Assembly: GCA_016282835.1 (NCBI GenBank)
Contig: JAEELR010000068.1
Location: forward strand, 1,380-65,379
From: Treponema sp.
GTDB lineage: Bacteria; Spirochaetota; Spirochaetia; Treponematales; Treponemataceae
DNA length: 64,000 nucleotides
Reading direction: 5' to 3'
Position 1 is the first letter of the stretch, and each line of letters opens with the position of its first letter. A model generated the notes under the pieces. It saw only the letters and a program-made list of their open reading frames with translations, had not been told where the DNA came from and searched no databases. Below, one piece after another: positions 60,779 to 64,000 of this stretch. Position numbers and translations under genes: made by a program.

Positions 60779-61525
60779 CTATTCTTCTGTATTAAGCCGC
60801 TGTTTTTTCAGGGAATCTAAAAGTGCTTTAGTTTCTTCATCCATCATTTTTTTCTTTGCAAATAAAGATTTTTTCTCTTTAGGCTTTGTCTCACTTTTTG
60901 GCTCAGTATTTTTCTGCGGCATAAAAAGCTCAAGGATTTCACTGAAATTTTTAGGTTTAGAAACTGAATTTTTGTCAGCATATAAATTCATTGCATTAAT
61001 AAGTTCAACATCATCAACCTTATCAATAACATTTACTGAATCATCACTGACTCCAAGAATAAAAGCTTTATCTAAAAGAGTTACAATCTGCACTGATTTG
61101 CCCGGCGATAAAGTAATTGAAGAAACTTTTCTCAAGAAAGGATCATCATCGTTTACCTTTGGCTCAATTCCTTTTTTCAGGAACTTAAAGATAAAGTAAA
61201 TTACAGCAACTACAAATGCCAGAACTAAAAGCATGCGGAGAACAGCCCAGAAACCAAAGCCTGCTGAAGACTGATTTGTTCCGTTTCGAGTGTCTTCAGA
61301 ATCAGAAGCAAAATCTAAGGTAATATCACTTTCATCTGTATCTAAAGAAATTTTTGGTGAAGTAAAACTGGCAGAAGCTTCAACTGAAGTTTGAGATGAA
61401 TTATTAGATTCATTAGTTTGAGCAAAAGCTGCAAATGAACTGAAAAATAAAACAATAAAATATAGAACAACCGATTTTTTTAAAAATGAGTATTTCGTAA
61501 TTTTCCCCCACCCAAAAGTCATCAA
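60779..61525 (-). CDS. fliO: Flagellar biogenesis protein FliO/FliZ (start uncertain)
   Basis: TM followed by L.PGKSVQIV...ILGVSD..V; between fliY and fliP. Confidence 0.85.
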   Translation of the reverse strand: MMTFGWGKITKYSFLKKSVVLYFIVLFFSSFAAFAQTNESNNSSQTSVEASASFTSPKISLDTDESDITLDFASDSEDTRNGTNQSSAGFGFWAVLRMLLVLAFVVAVIYFIFKFLKKGIEPKVNDDDPFLRKVSSITLSPGKSVQIVTLLDKAFILGVSDDSVNVIDKVDDVELINAMNLYADKNSVSKPKNFSEILELFMPQKNTEPKSETKPKEKKSLFAKKKMMDEETKALLDSLKKQRLNTEE

Positions 61526-61531
61526 ATAAAA

Positions 61532-62713
61532 TTAAATTGATGAAGCAACATGTTCGATTGCAGGAAGAATTTCTGTAACACGAACACCGAAGTTTTCATC
61601 AATGACTACAACTTCACCTTTAGCAATTGGTTTATGATTTACAAGGATATCAACAGGTTCACCCGCAAGTTTATCAAGCTCAATAATTGTACCTTCACCA
61701 AGACCTAAGATTTCCTTGATTGTTTTTTTACAGCGGCCAAGTTCTACAGTCATCTCCATGAATACGTCCATAATAAGACCGATATTCTGCTGTTCTGCGC
61801 CCATAAGTCCCTGCTGTAAATTAGGGAACTGCAATGACTGAACATTTGGAGTCTGCTGGAATGAACTCATCATATTCATCTGCTGGCCAGGCATACCCAT
61901 CATTGGCTGGCCCATACCCATCATAGGCTGGCCCATTCCCATCATTGGTTGTCCCATAGGAGCTGCCATTCCCATTGGATTTCCTGCAGGAGGAACCTGT
62001 GCGCCCATAAGAGGCTGCTGACTGAAGTTTGCACCGGCCATAGAAGCAGCAGGAGCTTCCTGAGTTCCACCGCCTAAAGCTTTTGCAATGTTATCTGCAA
62101 CAGAATTGCTTACGGCTTCCCATAAAGTATATGCTTCACCGTCAACAGTAACTGGATATGTAAACAGAGCAAATGTACCCTGAGGCATTCTAACCATTGC
62201 TTTAGGCTGATTAACAGCTTCTGCAGGCTGAGTAGCAAGTCCCGGGAATTTACCGGTTCCGCTGAGTTCTGTAATTTCAGCACCAGAATGAGATGAAATA
62301 ACTTCTGAAATAACAGACAAAGCCATATCGTCCATTGAAGGGCTTTCTTCCTGATTTATAAGTGAAACAAGTTTAGTTGCAAATTCAGTTGATAAAAGGA
62401 AAAGATGATCACCTGTAAGGCCTGAGGTAAAATCAGTTAGAACAGAAATAACAACTTCAGGTACTTTTGCAAGCAGCTGATCTCTTGCAAGAGACTCAAC
62501 AACAGGAGTTCCAACAGAAACTTCTTTTTGAGTCATAGTATTTATAATACCAGCAAGCTTATCCTTCATTGTTTCAGCGAACTTTGTAAGGGTTGCAACA
62601 TCAATTGTAGCTTCAGGTTTAGAAGCAAAACCTCCTACTGCACCAAGTCCACCCATATCTACGCCAGATAATAATGCGTCAATTTCTTCCTGTGAAATAG
62701 ATCCTTCACTCAT
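61532..62713 (-). CDS. fliY: Flagellar switch protein FliY/FliN
   Basis: ISQEEIDALL, CheC-like middle domain, C-terminal SpoA domain (VELG...ELDKLAGEPVD...GEVVVIDENFGVR). Confidence 0.93.
   Translation of the reverse strand: MSEGSISQEEIDALLSGVDMGGLGAVGGFASKPEATIDVATLTKFAETMKDKLAGIINTMTQKEVSVGTPVVESLARDQLLAKVPEVVISVLTDFTSGLTGDHLFLLSTEFATKLVSLINQEESPSMDDMALSVISEVISSHSGAEITELSGTGKFPGLATQPAEAVNQPKAMVRMPQGTFALFTYPVTVDGEAYTLWEAVSNSVADNIAKALGGGTQEAPAASMAGANFSQQPLMGAQVPPAGNPMGMAAPMGQPMMGMGQPMMGMGQPMMGMPGQQMNMMSSFQQTPNVQSLQFPNLQQGLMGAEQQNIGLIMDVFMEMTVELGRCKKTIKEILGLGEGTIIELDKLAGEPVDILVNHKPIAKGEVVVIDENFGVRVTEILPAIEHVASSI
61892..61954 (-). repeat. Three 21-bp coding tandem repeats (GQPMMGM) in the FliY linker
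   Basis: CATACCCATCATTGGCTGGCC / CATACCCATCATAGGCTGGCC / CATTCCCATCATTGGTTGTCC. Confidence 0.85.
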
Positions 62714-63744
62714 ACTGTTTCCTCTCCTTCTGGTGTCAATTCTTCAATTTCATCATTAATTGTTTTTTCAATCTTATCTATAATTTGTACAGCCATCTTT
62801 TTTCCTACAACACCCGGCTGACAATGGAATTTCTTTTTACTTCCAACACTTAAAACTAAAGGCTCTCCAACCCTGATAGTGTTAAGCCTGATTACATCAC
62901 CGCATCTCAAATTCAATACATCCCTAATCGGAACATTTATTGAACCGATATCTGCTACAAGTTCCATTTCAACATCAGCAAGTTTTTCCTTTAATGTACC
63001 CAAATACTGAGTGGTTGAACTTCTTCTGACAGAACTGAACCAGAACTGTGATGAAAGCTTTGAAACAATAGGCTCAATCGTGATGTATGGAATACAAATG
63101 TTCATCATTCCTGATTCTTCACCGATTTTAATTTCGAGAGTAACAAGAATAACCATTTCTGTAGGAGGAACAATCTGTGCAAACTGAGGATTTGTTTCAA
63201 TCTGCTGGAGACGTGGTCTTAAATCAATTACCTGAGTCCAGGCTTCCCTCATATTTGCAAGGATACGAACAATAATACCTTCCATTACAGACTGTTCAAT
63301 ATCCGTTAAGTCACGGTTTACTTTTCCACCTGTATCACCCTTACCACCAAACAAACGGTCAATAATAATGAATGTGATTTCCGGAGCAATTTCCAATACA
63401 GCATTACCTTTTAAAGGGTCCATATTGATTACTGCCAGTGTTGTTGGAGAAGGAATAGAACGAATAAATTCCTCGTAAGTTAACTGATCTACAGAAGCAA
63501 CGTGAACGTGAACTAATGTTCGAAGCTGAGCAGAAAGGCTTGTTGTTGTAAGACGGGCAAAAGTCTCATGCATATTTGAAACAGTTCTTATCTGTTCCTT
63601 TGAGAATTTGTCAGGTCTTCTAAAGTCGTAAATCTTTATTCTTCGATTATCACTGACCGGTTTATAATCATCAGACTCTGAATCGCCTGTGCTTATTGCC
63701 TGGAGAAGCTGGTCAATTTCATCTTGCGAAAGAACTTCATTCAT
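62710..63744 (-). CDS. fliM: Flagellar switch protein FliM
   Basis: VLSQDEIDQLL, YDFRRPDKFSKEQIR, LFGG.G, ETNPQF. Confidence 0.97.
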   Translation of the reverse strand: MNEVLSQDEIDQLLQAISTGDSESDDYKPVSDNRRIKIYDFRRPDKFSKEQIRTVSNMHETFARLTTTSLSAQLRTLVHVHVASVDQLTYEEFIRSIPSPTTLAVINMDPLKGNAVLEIAPEITFIIIDRLFGGKGDTGGKVNRDLTDIEQSVMEGIIVRILANMREAWTQVIDLRPRLQQIETNPQFAQIVPPTEMVILVTLEIKIGEESGMMNICIPYITIEPIVSKLSSQFWFSSVRRSSTTQYLGTLKEKLADVEMELVADIGSINVPIRDVLNLRCGDVIRLNTIRVGEPLVLSVGSKKKFHCQPGVVGKKMAVQIIDKIEKTINDEIEELTPEGEETV

Positions 63745-63767
63745 CTAACATACACCTTATATAAAAC

Positions 63768-64000
63768 TTACTGCTGGATTATATCTTTTGCAGTAAACTT
63801 AACATCCCTGATTTTTGACTTAGTTAAAATATTATCATTAATATGATCACGAATATTCTGCTTTAATCTCTCTTCATTTTTTGAAGAAAGTTCTTCTACA
63901 GTCTGATCTGAGAAAAATCTTCTTAAAAAGTCAATTATTTCAATTCTTCTTTCTGTAATTTCAGTAGAAGCCTGCTTATCATCTTTCTTATAGCCTAAAA
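63768..64000 (-). CDS. fliL: Flagellar basal-body protein FliL (3' part)
   Basis: Translated by hand: LGYKKDDKQASTEITERRIEIIDFLRRFFS...EERLKQNIRDHIN..IL...IRDVKF; directly upstream of fliM. Confidence 0.85.
   Translation of the reverse strand, partial: LGYKKDDKQASTEITERRIEIIDFLRRFFSDQTVEELSSKNEERLKQNIRDHINDNILTKSKIRDVKFTAKDIIQQ

Noticed and set aside
680-61199. The many other 60-170 aa ORFs nested in or antisense to long genes
   Set aside because: They are shadows of well-supported genes, with S/F/I-rich antisense composition and no recognisable motifs.
46080-64000. sigma28 promoters in the flagellar cluster
   Set aside because: I saw no TAAA-N15-GCCGATAA-like site in the intergenic gaps by eye; only sigma70-like boxes were evident.

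Overview
AT-rich chromosomal window from a spirochete, most likely a gut or rumen Treponema, judged from gene order and protein features. Almost all genes are on the minus strand and are housekeeping genes. In coordinate order: pcnB (partial), a B12-type radical SAM fusion, rodA-mrdA-mreDCB, a TPR protein, RNase P RNA, zinc-ribbon protein-rpoD-dnaG-mltG-MBL hydrolase, tRNA-Tyr and tRNA-Thr, glgA-aroH-SPFH-like, CCA enzyme, trpS, alr, folC, a Gld-like ABC transporter, rnz, two predicted outer-membrane barrels, a TPR protein, ispG, a V-type ATPase operon with a Na+ signature (E-C-A-B-D-I-K), a lipid kinase, and the flagellar cluster fliL-fliM-fliY-fliO-fliP-fliQ-fliR-flhB-[Wzi-like + IspD/TarI insert]-flhA-flhF-flhG-hyp-fliA-fapA. 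I found no prophage, transposase or CRISPR array, and I cannot claim a clearly new multi-gene system. The notable signals are: (i) in-frame TGA codons in ispG and at the arginine-finger codon of V-ATPase B, plus a cluster of substitutions in the V-ATPase A catalytic motif, which may be assembly errors; (ii) three families of small palindromic or structured intergenic elements, including a ~165-bp TA-flanked MITE-like hairpin with tandem G.A pairs whose remnants lie next to outer-membrane genes; (iii) a two-gene surface-glycan-like cassette splitting flhB from flhA.
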